Part shown: one piece after another, positions 1-10,324 of the stretch
How the letters are laid out: each line of letters begins with the position of its first letter
Numbering within the stretch: the first letter of the stretch is position 1
From: an uncultured Candidatus Actinomarina sp.
Lineage (GTDB): Bacteria > Actinomycetota > Acidimicrobiia > Actinomarinales > Actinomarinaceae
Assembly: GCA_902613615.1 (NCBI GenBank)
Contig: CACMHQ010000005.1
Coordinates: forward strand, 14,521 to 78,520
Direction of reading: 5' to 3'
DNA length: 64,000 nt
Program-made: the position numbers and the translations under genes
Notes under the pieces: model-generated
What the model saw: only the letters and a program-made list of their open reading frames with translations
Databases searched by the model: none
Told to the model about the DNA's origin: nothing

Positions 1-118
1 ACTGAATCCTTTTCTTGGCTTAATTCTGAAGTTTGAATATGAAAGATAAGGAATACAAAATGTTAGTAAAACATAAACAAATAGGTTCAATTCCATATAT
101 CTTTTACAATAACAATAT

Positions 119-463
119 ATGTTAAAGAATATAAATCAGCTTAGAATTTTAAAAGCGGTAGTAATATCATTTATATTCATTTACATTACAAATCATATTT
201 TTAATTTGAATGAATTTACTCTAGGTATAAATTTTTTCATATCCTTGGGTATTTATTCAGTTCTTAGCTACGTAGCCCTTATTGGTTACAAATTAAATAA
301 GCTGGTTGGTTTAATATTGTTTTTTTCAATTACATTTCTTTCGCCAAGTATGTACCCTGAACTAGAGGGGAAACTTTTTCCGGTTACATATGTAATTTTT
401 GCTTTATTTTTAACATATTACTTTGGTATTGAAATGTATAAAAAGTGGAAAACGACTATCTAA
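119..463 (+). CDS. hypothetical small integral membrane protein (114 aa)
   Basis: Open frame with about 4 hydrophobic helices. No recognisable family motif. Confidence 0.4.
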   Translation: MLKNINQLRILKAVVISFIFIYITNHIFNLNEFTLGINFFISLGIYSVLSYVALIGYKLNKLVGLILFFSITFLSPSMYPELEGKLFPVTYVIFALFLTYYFGIEMYKKWKTTI

Positions 464-500
464 ATTAAGTAAATTAGAAAGGGTAGGTTAGAATAGAATA

Positions 501-3473
501 ATGTTACGGGGCATTTTTAGATTTACATTATCCTTCTTCTTTGCTGCAATTTTTGTTATATCTATAGGACAGACAGAGGCTTTTTCTAATACCCATTCTC
601 ATTCAATTGTGAGACATGATGTAAATATAGGTTGTGCAGACAATGCTGTTGCACCATTAAATTCAATAAAAGATATTCAAACATTTTTAAACTGTAACGG
701 TTTTAGCCCAGGACCGATAGATGGTGTATCTGGTGGAAGAACTACCGGGGCTATAAAAAGTTTTCAAGCTAGCGTAGGTCTAACAGCAGATGGCGTTGTT
801 GGTCCAGCAACAAAGCAAGCAATGAGAAGTTATAGTTCAACTACTTTTACTTTTACTGGAAGCGGATGGGGGCATGGTGTTGGCTTAAGCCAGTATGGAA
901 CAAAAGGCTTAACAGAGTTGGGTGCTCAATTTTGTAGTAACACAAGTTCTTGTACTTCTGATGAAGTTGTTAAATATTATTTTCAAGGTACAAATGTAAG
1001 AAATTTAGGAGATATTTCTCTGTCTTCTCCAGAAATAGCATCAAATAACAATGCTTTGTGGGTGGGTCTAGCTAGGAACGCAAAAAGTATAACATTAACA
1101 ACTCTGCCATCGTCGAGTCCACCATCTCTAAATATATGTCAAGATGGATTATCAAATACTGCTGGAGTGCAATTATTTCTCACTTCAAGAGGCTTTGAGC
1201 CAGGTCCTATTGATGGTGCCTATGGTGATAAAACCGCAGATGCAATTAGAAGTTATCAAGCATCTGTAGGATTAGGTCAAACAGGATCTATAAATGATGA
1301 GCTCATCAATAAAATAAAATCTGATGCAACATCTGATGGCCCATGTGAGTCTGCTTGGGGTCCTTTGAAAATTGGTGGTGGTGCAACTATAAGTGTAATA
1401 AACAGTGGAAGTGAATGTTACATGACAGGTCATCCACTTGTTCCAAAAGTAAGAGCAAGTTGCAATATGAGCATTAAATGGTCTGATGGAGGAAGAATTA
1501 GAGTTGGACCCCGAGAACATAAGCACGGAATCTTGAAATTGAGATCAAAAAATGTTTCATCTGGTTTTCATGTTGTTTTGTCAGTAAACCTAGAAAAATA
1601 TTTATATGGCCTAGCTGAAATGCCCTCTCATTGGAATGTTAAAGCGCTTGAAGCCCAAGCTCTTGTTGGGAGAAGTTATGCAGTTTTCCACTATTTAGAT
1701 GAGAATATACCATCATCGTCAACAAATCTAGATGCTGGCTTGAGTGAAAAACAAAAGGCTTATTGTTGGTGTCATATAGGCTCTACGGCTTCTAGTCAGT
1801 ATTATTATGGTTATCTTAAAGAAATTGCTGGACCAAATTGGGTACAAGCTGTAAACAATACCTCTGGAAAAGTAATCACCTATGACGGTTCATATACTCG
1901 TAGCTCAGTAATTCAAGCATTTTATTCTTCATCAACTGGTGGTAAGACGAACACAAATGTTGTTGGATTTGGATCTGCTACACCGTGGCCTTACCTTAAA
2001 ACCGTTGATGACCCATGGTCAATAGATAATAGAGTTGGTAACTCTAAAGCTGCGTGGTCCTTTGACTTCAATACCTATCAACTATCTAAAAATATATTAT
2101 GTGGTGATACTCCTTGTTTTGATGCAATTACTGACATTTATGTTTCATCTGTTGCAGAGTCTGGTGCTGCTTTAGAGGTGACAATGAAAGGTTTCAAAAA
2201 TGGCTCAGGAAAGTCGGTAACAAAATCTGGAAGAAATATTAAGTCACAATTAGGATTTCGATCTCATTACTTTAAAACTTCAAGTACATCTGACGTTTCA
2301 AATCTTGCAGTAGGTCCAGTCCAGGCTAATACATCTTCAAGTGCTAACGGTTCATCAGAAAATTTGTCAGCTGGAGAAACAGCCCAATATGCAACCTCTA
2401 GCGCGGGACTTTCTTATCTTGCAAAAGCAGGTTTAATAAATAAATGTGATGGTAATTCATCTGGTTGTCAGGCAAAAACACTAACAAGAGAGGAAGCTGC
2501 AGCGATTATCACTGTAGTTGGAGGTATTCCACAAGATTCACCAAATGCTTATAGTGATGACGATACAAGTATTTACCAATCTGCAATTAATGGATTGCCA
2601 TACTATGGAATGCAGGTATGTTTTGGAAGTCCATTCGAAATTTTACCCAAAGAAACAGTCGCTAGAGATGAATTTGCATGTCTATTAGTTAGATCAATTA
2701 AAGCTGGAACAACAACAAATCTTTCTGGATCAGTTGATAAATATTCAGATGAAGGTGCAAGTAAGTGGACAAATGAGATAAATACCCTTGCAGCTAACGA
2801 TGTAATTCCAGCATGCAGTTCAATAAGTGATAAATTTTGCCCAAGTAGAAAAATTTCAATAGGAGAAGTCTCATACATTATCGATAAGCTTGTTGGTAAA
2901 TCGTTGATTTCAAGTAATTTATTTGAGTCATCACCTTTTAATAACTCTTGGGAACCATCTGGTGGCGAGGTTGAAAATGTAGCCGAAACAGCTGTTTCAA
3001 ATCCTAACGCAGGTAATGATGCTTGTGTGCCAAAAGATAATTCTGGAATCATAATTAATTCGGTATTAGATATTCAACAATTTCTTGCTAATAACGGATT
3101 TAACCCTGGGCCTGTAGATGGGCAATCTGGACCAAAAACTAAAGCTGCTATCAAGGCATTTCAGCAAAAAACGGGTCTGTATGCAGATGGCATTGTTGGT
3201 AATAAAACTAAAGCAGCAATGAAAGCTTACACCGGTTGTGAGTCTGGAAACGTTTGTAAAGCAAGGGATAATAGTGGAGCAAAACTTGATAGCGTTGCAG
3301 GGGTACAAACATTTTTAGCAAATAATGGATTTAATCCTGGAATTATTGATGGTGAAATGGGTTCATACACTAGAGAGGCTATAAAAGCATTTCAAAGAAA
3401 AGTTGGTTTGATCCCTGATGGAGTTGCAGGAACAAGAACTAAAGCAGCAATGAAATCTTATACAGGTTGTTAA
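501..3473 (+). CDS. secreted SpoIID/LytB-domain cell-wall protein with four peptidoglycan-binding (PG_binding_1-like) repeats and SLH-like segments (990 aa)
   Basis: N-terminus looks like a signal peptide. SpoIID signatures are present: 'GWGHGVGLSQYG' and 'EMPSHW..ALEAQALVGRSYA..SQYYYG..FYSSSTGGKT'. Four repeats of pattern 'FL..NGF.PGP.DG..G..T..AIK.FQ...GL..DG..G..TK.AM' lie at aa ~55-108, ~219-272, 853-913 and 930-990. Three SLH-like segments lie at aa ~635-800. Confidence 0.8.
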   Translation: MLRGIFRFTLSFFFAAIFVISIGQTEAFSNTHSHSIVRHDVNIGCADNAVAPLNSIKDIQTFLNCNGFSPGPIDGVSGGRTTGAIKSFQASVGLTADGVVGPATKQAMRSYSSTTFTFTGSGWGHGVGLSQYGTKGLTELGAQFCSNTSSCTSDEVVKYYFQGTNVRNLGDISLSSPEIASNNNALWVGLARNAKSITLTTLPSSSPPSLNICQDGLSNTAGVQLFLTSRGFEPGPIDGAYGDKTADAIRSYQASVGLGQTGSINDELINKIKSDATSDGPCESAWGPLKIGGGATISVINSGSECYMTGHPLVPKVRASCNMSIKWSDGGRIRVGPREHKHGILKLRSKNVSSGFHVVLSVNLEKYLYGLAEMPSHWNVKALEAQALVGRSYAVFHYLDENIPSSSTNLDAGLSEKQKAYCWCHIGSTASSQYYYGYLKEIAGPNWVQAVNNTSGKVITYDGSYTRSSVIQAFYSSSTGGKTNTNVVGFGSATPWPYLKTVDDPWSIDNRVGNSKAAWSFDFNTYQLSKNILCGDTPCFDAITDIYVSSVAESGAALEVTMKGFKNGSGKSVTKSGRNIKSQLGFRSHYFKTSSTSDVSNLAVGPVQANTSSSANGSSENLSAGETAQYATSSAGLSYLAKAGLINKCDGNSSGCQAKTLTREEAAAIITVVGGIPQDSPNAYSDDDTSIYQSAINGLPYYGMQVCFGSPFEILPKETVARDEFACLLVRSIKAGTTTNLSGSVDKYSDEGASKWTNEINTLAANDVIPACSSISDKFCPSRKISIGEVSYIIDKLVGKSLISSNLFESSPFNNSWEPSGGEVENVAETAVSNPNAGNDACVPKDNSGIIINSVLDIQQFLANNGFNPGPVDGQSGPKTKAAIKAFQQKTGLYADGIVGNKTKAAMKAYTGCESGNVCKARDNSGAKLDSVAGVQTFLANNGFNPGIIDGEMGSYTREAIKAFQRKVGLIPDGVAGTRTKAAMKSYTGC
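3009..3470 (+). repeat. in-frame tandem duplication of a 77-aa module (Cys-containing linker + PG-binding domain ending 'YTGC') inside the SpoIID gene
   Basis: Unit 1 is aa 837-913 (nt 3009-3239) and unit 2 is aa 914-990 (nt 3240-3470). They align residue for residue ('..C...DNSG....SV...Q.FLANNGFNPG..DG..G..T..AIKAFQ.K.GL..DG..G..TKAAMK.YTGC'). Short identical nucleotide runs occur, e.g. 'actaaagcagcaatgaaa'. Confidence 0.7.
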
Positions 3474-5383
3474 TTCAATAAACTTCTTATTTCATCAGAT
3501 ATTTTTTCAGCATCAAAGTTAAATTTTTCAGCTAATTGATCGATCGGAGCTGATTCACCAAAAGAATCTATTGAGAATGATTTTTTAATGTTCTTAATAT
3601 ACGTATCCCAACCTATTGTTCTTCCCAACTCAATTGTAAAAATATTTTGATTAAGACTTAATGATTCAAGCCTCTCTTCATTTAATCTATTTAAAATTGG
3701 AGCGCTAATTATTTGGATAGATAAATCTTTTAATTTCGTACTTATTTCAAACGCAAGTTCAAGTTCTGAACCTGTTGCAATTAAAGTAATGTCTGAACCA
3801 GGCATAAATTCATAAGCACCTGTTTGAAAATCCTTATAGCTAACGTCATTATCAAAAAACTTCATGTTCTGTCTTGATAAAATTATTGCTTTAGGATTAT
3901 CCCTTTTTTCTAATGCATATCTATAAGAATGTACTAACTCCATGCTGTTTGATGGCCTGATAACATCAAGATTAGGTATCAATCTTAGCGACATTAAATG
4001 TTCAATAGGCTGATGTGTTGGTCCATCCTCTCCTAGATATATTGAATCATGAGTGAATATAAATAACGAGTTAACATTCATCAAAGATGCTAATCGCATA
4101 CTTGGCCTCATATAGTCGGAGAAAACTAAAAAAGTTGATCCATATGGGATTAAATTACTATGTAATGCAAGACCGTTAACAATTCCACCCATTGCATGTT
4201 CTCTAATTCCAAATTCAATACTGTTTCCTCCAAAATTATTTGAGCCAAAGGTATCATCACTTATTATTTGTTTTGTTGAAGCAGCTAAATCTGCAGATCC
4301 ACCAATAATAAATTTGTTGGATAAACCATATTCATTCAATATTTTGCCACCGATAACCCTAGAAGCTTCATCGCTTGACCATTCCAGTTCAACCTCTGAG
4401 GTCTCAAAATTATTAAACTGGTTCCACAATTGCCTAAAATTCTTGTCAGATTGAAGTTTCGATTCTAAGTTAGCATTCCATTCATCAAATTTTGAATTAT
4501 CATCTGCTCTTTTTTCATCAAAATATGAATAAATTTCCGAATCATGAATAAATGGATCACCCGAAAACGCAATATTTTGTAAAAAAAGCTCGAATTCATT
4601 TTCACCCAATGGAGAACCATGAACTCCACTTGTGTTTTCTTTATTTGGAGCGTACTTACCGATTGTTGATTTAGAGATAATTAATGTCGGCTTATTGGTA
4701 ACACTTTTTGCAGATTCAACTGCGTCAATAATTTCATTTTCATTATGTGCATCAATTTCGAGCACATCCCATCCCATCGAAATAAATTTTTGTTTTTGGT
4801 TAGTTACCGACACCTGCGTAACATTTCCATCAATAGAAATGTTGTTGTCATCAAAAAAGTAAATTAGTTTTCCGAGCTCCCATAATCCGGCGAGTTCTGC
4901 GGCCTCAGTTGAAATACCCTCCATTAAATCACCATCAGAAACAATCCCATAAATATGATGGTCCACAACATCCCCTCCAAAGACAGAAGCTAGATATCTC
5001 TCAGCCACTGCTAAACCTACGCCATTTGCAAATCCTTGTCCAAGTGGTCCTGTAGTTGTATCTATTCCAATCTCAAAATCTTTTTCTGGATGTCCTGCAG
5101 TTTTTGATCCTAATTGTCTAAAATTTTTTATTTCATCAATAGATATATCGAATCCATTGAAGTGTAAAAGACTATATAGAAGCATTGAACCGTGTCCTGC
5201 GCTTAAGACAAATCTATCCCGATTGATCCAGTCTGGATGTTTATTTGATACTTTTAAAAAGTTTTTGTACAAAACAACCCCAATATCCGCCATACCTAGT
5301 GGCATACCAGGATGTCCAGAGTTTGCTCTTTCAACAGCGGCAGCAGAAAGAACTCTTATAGATTTTGTTACATCGTCAAACAT
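3470..5383 (-). CDS. tkt: transketolase
   Basis: Full length at 637 aa. Contains the TPP-binding N-terminus 'ANSGHPGMPLGMADI' and 'GEDGPTHQPIEH'. Its stop overlaps the SpoIID stop convergently by 4 nt. Confidence 0.95.
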   Translation of the reverse strand: MFDDVTKSIRVLSAAAVERANSGHPGMPLGMADIGVVLYKNFLKVSNKHPDWINRDRFVLSAGHGSMLLYSLLHFNGFDISIDEIKNFRQLGSKTAGHPEKDFEIGIDTTTGPLGQGFANGVGLAVAERYLASVFGGDVVDHHIYGIVSDGDLMEGISTEAAELAGLWELGKLIYFFDDNNISIDGNVTQVSVTNQKQKFISMGWDVLEIDAHNENEIIDAVESAKSVTNKPTLIISKSTIGKYAPNKENTSGVHGSPLGENEFELFLQNIAFSGDPFIHDSEIYSYFDEKRADDNSKFDEWNANLESKLQSDKNFRQLWNQFNNFETSEVELEWSSDEASRVIGGKILNEYGLSNKFIIGGSADLAASTKQIISDDTFGSNNFGGNSIEFGIREHAMGGIVNGLALHSNLIPYGSTFLVFSDYMRPSMRLASLMNVNSLFIFTHDSIYLGEDGPTHQPIEHLMSLRLIPNLDVIRPSNSMELVHSYRYALEKRDNPKAIILSRQNMKFFDNDVSYKDFQTGAYEFMPGSDITLIATGSELELAFEISTKLKDLSIQIISAPILNRLNEERLESLSLNQNIFTIELGRTIGWDTYIKNIKKSFSIDSFGESAPIDQLAEKFNFDAEKISDEIRSLLN

Positions 5384-5404
5384 TGCTCTAAGTATATTTA
5401 TATA

Positions 5405-7051
5405 TCAAACAGAGGCAAAGGAATCTTTTGCATGATATGAAGATCTTACAAGAGGTCCTGATTCAATATGTGGGATACCAAGCTCTTGTCCGATAGTTTT
5501 ATATTGTTGAAATTCTTCTTCAGAGACGTACCTATCAATTAATCTATGTCTTTGAGTAGGTCTTAAATACTGTCCAATAGTGACAATATCTATATTGATA
5601 CGAGATAAATCCTTAAGTACTGCTATTACCTCTTCAAATTCTTCACCCATGCCAACAATTAAACCAGTCTTGGTCTTTCCGAGAAAATGAGATTCCTTAG
5701 CGTATTGAAGTAGAGCTAGAGAACGACCATAAGATGCCGCAGTTCTTATTTCTCTTTGAAGACGTGGAACAGTTTCTAAATTATGATTCAATACTTCAGG
5801 ATTGGCATTTATGATATTATCTATTGCTTCTTTGCTACCTTTAAAATCAGGGATTAAGACCTCAATAGATGTTTGATTATTTTTAAGTCTGACCTCATCA
5901 ATGGTTTTTGCAAAAAATGCAGAACCTCCATCATCAAGATCATCTCTATTTACAGAAGTTATAACAGCATGGGTAAGGCCCATAATTTTTACACTTTCTG
6001 CGACTCTATAAGGTTCATCCATATCTAGATCACATGGTTTTCCTGTATTTACATCACAAAATCCACATGCTCTTGTACAGGTATCACCCATAATCATGAA
6101 TGTTGCGGTGCCCATAGACCAACACTCATATATATTTGGACATGATGCTTCTTCGCATACTGTGTTGAGTCGTTTTTCTTTAATTAAACTTTTTAGTGAG
6201 AGGTAATCTTTACCAAGGTTGGCTTTGACTTTCATCCATTCCGGTCTCTCTGGTTCACTCTTAATTGATGAATTTAAAGTAATTGGAACGGAGTTTTTAG
6301 AGGCATTGAACACCCCGTTGTTTACCAGTTGATCGATATGAAATTCTTTTTTCTTCTTTAATTGTCTTGGGGTAAATTGAGAAAACTGTTTATCTACTTT
6401 CTCATATTTAAATATTTCAACAAATTTTCTTGAAATTATTTCGGTAACTTCTTTAAATGAAACTGTCTCATCATATTGCTGGATAGAAACTACATGTTCA
6501 TCACTGCTTCCACACGGATTTATAAAATCAAACCCTTTTGTATTTTCACTTATGTTTAATGAGAATCCGTGAAGTGTTGTCCATTTACTGACTTTTATTC
6601 CAATAGAAGCAATTTTTCCTTCTCTGGTCCATACTCCAGTGTCATCAGTTTTTGAGAAAGCCTCTATTGATAGTTCAGCAAGTGTATCAATAATTACATT
6701 TTCAATTTTACGCACAAAAGGAACTACTTTTTTTGGATCATCTAATCTAATTATTGGATATCCAATTAATTGACCATCGCCATGAAAGGTTATATCTCCC
6801 CCTCTATCTGTTTCAAAAAATTCAATATTATTTTCATTAAGTATATTTTTTGAAACTAGTAAATTGTTGATATCTCCTGATCTTCCAATTGTCACTACAT
6901 TATTGTGTTCTAACAAAAGTAAGTAATCGAATGGTGAACTTTCTTGACTAGTAGCTGAATGAAGACCTTTTTGAAGAATATAGGCTTCTCCATAAGGTAA
7001 TTTTCCTAACCATCTAATGTTTAATTCTCTCAAGATATTTCCTGAGACCAA
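5405..7051 (-). CDS. lipB-lipA: fused octanoyltransferase LipB / lipoyl synthase LipA (548 aa)
   Basis: N-terminal half carries LipB motifs ('LLLLEHNNVVTIGR', 'RGGDITFHGDGQL', 'KWTTLHGFSLN'). C-terminal half carries radical-SAM LipA motifs ('CEEASCPNIYECW', 'CTRACGFCDV', 'RSSYHA'). It is one uninterrupted frame. The start is TTG at 7051 or TTG at 7033 (a TTGA overlap with the E2 stop). Confidence 0.85.
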   Translation of the reverse strand: MVSGNILRELNIRWLGKLPYGEAYILQKGLHSATSQESSPFDYLLLLEHNNVVTIGRSGDINNLLVSKNILNENNIEFFETDRGGDITFHGDGQLIGYPIIRLDDPKKVVPFVRKIENVIIDTLAELSIEAFSKTDDTGVWTREGKIASIGIKVSKWTTLHGFSLNISENTKGFDFINPCGSSDEHVVSIQQYDETVSFKEVTEIISRKFVEIFKYEKVDKQFSQFTPRQLKKKKEFHIDQLVNNGVFNASKNSVPITLNSSIKSEPERPEWMKVKANLGKDYLSLKSLIKEKRLNTVCEEASCPNIYECWSMGTATFMIMGDTCTRACGFCDVNTGKPCDLDMDEPYRVAESVKIMGLTHAVITSVNRDDLDDGGSAFFAKTIDEVRLKNNQTSIEVLIPDFKGSKEAIDNIINANPEVLNHNLETVPRLQREIRTAASYGRSLALLQYAKESHFLGKTKTGLIVGMGEEFEEVIAVLKDLSRINIDIVTIGQYLRPTQRHRLIDRYVSEEEFQQYKTIGQELGIPHIESGPLVRSSYHAKDSFASV

Positions 7052-8313
7052 TCTGTATTTTCAAGCTTATTTTTAATTGAATTTAAAAACATCAGAGCTG
7101 TAGACCCATCAAAAGCTCTATGATCCCAAGTTAAACTCAATATTCCAACGTGACGAATTGCAATTGAGTCGGAACCATCATCCATCTCTAAAACTACTGG
7201 TCGTTTTTTAACTGACTCAGTTGAGAGTATTGCTACATTCGGCTGATTTATAATCGGTGAAGTAAGAAAGGAGTTGAATGATCCATTATTTGATATGGTA
7301 AAGGTACTTCCTGTTACATCGTCTAGATTATATTTTCCATCCCTCAATAGCTTTGAAATTTCAGATATTTTTCTTGCGGTACCTTTTAAATTATAGGAAT
7401 CAGCTTCTCTGATAGTTCCAACAAGAAGCCCTTCTTGATTTATATCAACTGCAATGCCTAGTTCAATATTTTCATGAACTGTATGAACTCCTTTTTCCAA
7501 ATCAAATGAACTATTTACTACTGAATGCTCTCTTAATGCACTAACAACAGCTGTTGCAATAAATGGCAAATAAGTTAATGAAAAATTATTTTCTTCCTTA
7601 AATTTATTCTTTACCTTGCTTCTTATGTTTTCCACATTTTCGAAATCTACCTCTACTGATGTCATCACATGTGCAGATGTTTGTTTTGATAAAATCATAT
7701 TTTCAGCAATTTTTTTCCTCAACCTTGGAATCTCTGAAGTACCAATTTCAACAGATTTTGATTTCGTCATTGAGGGTTTTGTTTGACTGCTAATTTTTCC
7801 AGATCCGTTGTTTATAAAATGATCAATATCTTTTCTTGTAACCCTGCCGTCTTTACCTGTTCCCTGTACAGATTCTAAATCAATGTTATTCTCTGATGCC
7901 AACCTTCTGACTACTGGTGAGACTTTACCAATATTTTTTACTTTAGTTATTGGCTGATCTTTTTCTACAACTTCTTCATTTTCTTCAATTTCTTGAACTG
8001 GATTTTGATCAGTTGGAGCTTCTACAACCTCTTCAACCACATCATTGGTATCATTTATAACATCTTCTGACGACTCTTCTCCATCCAATTCAAGTAATGG
8101 AGAACCAACTTCTACAGTTTCACCCTCCTCGACTAATAATGCAGAAACTGTTCCAGAAAAGGGACTTGGAACTTCAGTATCAACTTTATCTGTAGAAATT
8201 TCTAATATTGGATCATCTTCTTTTATTGAATCTCCAACATTTACAAGCCACCGGAGTATCGTACCCTCAGTTACAGTTTCGCCAAGCTGTGGCATAGTTA
8301 TGCGTTCACTCAT
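7030..8313 (-). CDS. dihydrolipoamide acyltransferase (E2) of a 2-oxoacid dehydrogenase complex
   Basis: Lipoyl domain ('EISTDKVDTEVPSP'), acidic linker, E3-binding domain ('SPVVRRLASENNIDL..GTGKDGRVTRKDI'), and catalytic domain with 'DHRAFDG'. Confidence 0.9.
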   Translation of the reverse strand: MSERITMPQLGETVTEGTILRWLVNVGDSIKEDDPILEISTDKVDTEVPSPFSGTVSALLVEEGETVEVGSPLLELDGEESSEDVINDTNDVVEEVVEAPTDQNPVQEIEENEEVVEKDQPITKVKNIGKVSPVVRRLASENNIDLESVQGTGKDGRVTRKDIDHFINNGSGKISSQTKPSMTKSKSVEIGTSEIPRLRKKIAENMILSKQTSAHVMTSVEVDFENVENIRSKVKNKFKEENNFSLTYLPFIATAVVSALREHSVVNSSFDLEKGVHTVHENIELGIAVDINQEGLLVGTIREADSYNLKGTARKISEISKLLRDGKYNLDDVTGSTFTISNNGSFNSFLTSPIINQPNVAILSTESVKKRPVVLEMDDGSDSIAIRHVGILSLTWDHRAFDGSTALMFLNSIKNKLENTDWSQEIS

Positions 8314-8317
8314 ATGT

Positions 8318-10324
8318 TTATTGTAATTCCTTTATGGCATTTACAACTTTTTCAACGCTTGGAATAAATGCATCCTCTAAAACAGGGGCAAATGGAATAT
8401 GGGTGTTTGGTGACGTAACTTTTTTTATAGGGTTATCAAGATTCCAAAAACCTTTTTCAGCAACAAGTGATGAAATTTCTGAAGCAACTGATGAAAAGGG
8501 AACATCCTCTTGAAGAATGCAAATATTTGATGTTTTCTCGACAGAATTCAATATTATTTCTTCATCAAGTGGAACTACAGTTCTTATATCGACTATCTCT
8601 ACCGAGATATTTTCTTTTTCAAGTTTTTCAGCAGCTTCTTGTGCAACTGAAACCATACCAGACCAAGTAACTATGGTTACATCAGATCCTTCACGAACAA
8701 TTTTTCCTTTACCAATCTCAACCTCATACAGTCCTACTGGTACATCCATTTTGAGATCTGGTTTTCTATATAGTTTTTTATGCTCTAAATACATGACCGG
8801 ATTAGGGTCATTAACTGCAGCAACTAGTAATCCTTTTGCATCATAAGGATTTGATGGTGCAACAACTTTGATCCCAGGGTGATGGGCTAGTAAAGATTCA
8901 GGACTAATTGAATGAAATGGTCCAGATCTTGTTCCTGCTCCAGTTGGTCCTCTCACAACCATTGGGACTGCTTTTCCAGCTTTCCAAAAATATTTTGCAG
9001 CTTCGGTTGTTAATTGATCAAGTGCTGGATAAACAAAATCATAAAATTGTAATTCAACAATTGGTTTTTGCCCAGCTAATGCAGCCCCTACTGCTGCACC
9101 TGTGAAACCACCTTCAGATATTGCAGTATCAATAACTCTAAATGGTCCGAATTTATCAAATAATCCTTTTGTGGCTTTAAATGCTCCCTCAAACACACCA
9201 ACATCTTCACCCATAATGAATACACCTTCATCATCAGTCATTAGTTCGTCTAAACCATTATTTATTGCTTCAATATAATTCATTGTTTTTAAGTTATTTA
9301 AATTATTTTCAATTATTGGTTTTGTTCGAACAGCGAACATATCTTTAAGTTCATCATTAGGATCAGGATCTTCTTGGCTTTTTGCCCACTCAAGGGTATC
9401 TCTAATTTCAACTTCTAAATTAGATCCTAAATCTAAAAAGTCTTGTTCTGTAAATAGTCCTTCATTAATTAACGAATCTTCAAACCTAGCTATAGGATCT
9501 CTTTTCATCCAAAAATCTCTAACTTCATCCTCAACGTAATCAGCTGGATCATGTCCAGCATGTCCATAATGTCTAAATGTGACTAATTCAATTAATGTTG
9601 GACCCTTGCCATTTCGAGCATTTTCACATGCTTCGTAAATGTTATCAATGACATCATAAATATCATTACCGTCAATTATTAAAGATGGAATACCGTATCC
9701 TGCTCCTCTATCAGCAACATTTGGAGTTCCAAATTCAGTCTCATTTGGTGAAGAGTAAGCAAATTGGTTATTTTGAACTGTAAAAACGACTGGAAGGTTT
9801 AGAACGCCAGCCATATTTACACTTTCATGCCAAGTTCCTGTGGCAGTTGCACCTTCACCACAGTTTGCAACAGCTACAACACCACTTCCTTGTTGTTGAG
9901 AAGCTAATGCCCAACCTACTGCGACAGGTGCAGAATCAGGGAGTGGAGAAACAACCATTAAAGTTCCTTTATCAACTACTCCAAAGTGACTGTTTCCATC
10001 TCTTCCTTTTGATGGACCATCTTTTTTTCCAAAAAAGTTAAGTGCAACTTCCTTTAAAGTTACACCTTTCATGAGTTGGACACCTAAATCACGATGAGTT
10101 CCTCCAAATATATCTTGTTTAGCCATTCCTGCCCCTATACCTGCCATTGAAGCTTCCTGACCAATTCCTGGATAAACTGCACCGCTTAATTGTCCACCTT
10201 TATACATTTTTAATAAACGATCCTCAAGAAGTCTTTGTGTTTTCATAGATTTATATACTTCCCAAAGTTGTTCACTTGAGAGAGTTGATGAATATCCTTT
10301 TCTTACTATTTTTTCTACTTTCAC
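8318..10324 (-). CDS. 2-oxoacid dehydrogenase E1 component, alpha and beta subunits fused
   Basis: N-terminal half is E1 alpha-like (TPP-binding region 'CGEGATATG...NNQFAYS'). From 'MNYIEAINNGLDELM' onward it is E1 beta-like. It is a single frame. I place the start at GTG 10324, which shares one base with the lpd stop codon. The track start at 10432 would overlap lpd by 109 nt. Confidence 0.85.
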   Translation of the reverse strand: MKVEKIVRKGYSSTLSSEQLWEVYKSMKTQRLLEDRLLKMYKGGQLSGAVYPGIGQEASMAGIGAGMAKQDIFGGTHRDLGVQLMKGVTLKEVALNFFGKKDGPSKGRDGNSHFGVVDKGTLMVVSPLPDSAPVAVGWALASQQQGSGVVAVANCGEGATATGTWHESVNMAGVLNLPVVFTVQNNQFAYSSPNETEFGTPNVADRGAGYGIPSLIIDGNDIYDVIDNIYEACENARNGKGPTLIELVTFRHYGHAGHDPADYVEDEVRDFWMKRDPIARFEDSLINEGLFTEQDFLDLGSNLEVEIRDTLEWAKSQEDPDPNDELKDMFAVRTKPIIENNLNNLKTMNYIEAINNGLDELMTDDEGVFIMGEDVGVFEGAFKATKGLFDKFGPFRVIDTAISEGGFTGAAVGAALAGQKPIVELQFYDFVYPALDQLTTEAAKYFWKAGKAVPMVVRGPTGAGTRSGPFHSISPESLLAHHPGIKVVAPSNPYDAKGLLVAAVNDPNPVMYLEHKKLYRKPDLKMDVPVGLYEVEIGKGKIVREGSDVTIVTWSGMVSVAQEAAEKLEKENISVEIVDIRTVVPLDEEIILNSVEKTSNICILQEDVPFSSVASEISSLVAEKGFWNLDNPIKKVTSPNTHIPFAPVLEDAFIPSVEKVVNAIKELQ

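Noticed and set aside
1272-3308. Minus-strand ORFs 1272-1526, 2603-3052 and 3066-3308, lying inside the SpoIID gene
   Set aside because: They lie antisense within a long ORF that has strong domain signatures. Their sequences are low-complexity with no motifs. These are typical shadow ORFs. The same reasoning applies to the other short antisense ORFs in the track, e.g. 4632-4862, 8045-8326, 10826-11287, 15705-16148, 24442-24810, 26399-26788, 35443-35820, 53448-54091 and 62501-63094.
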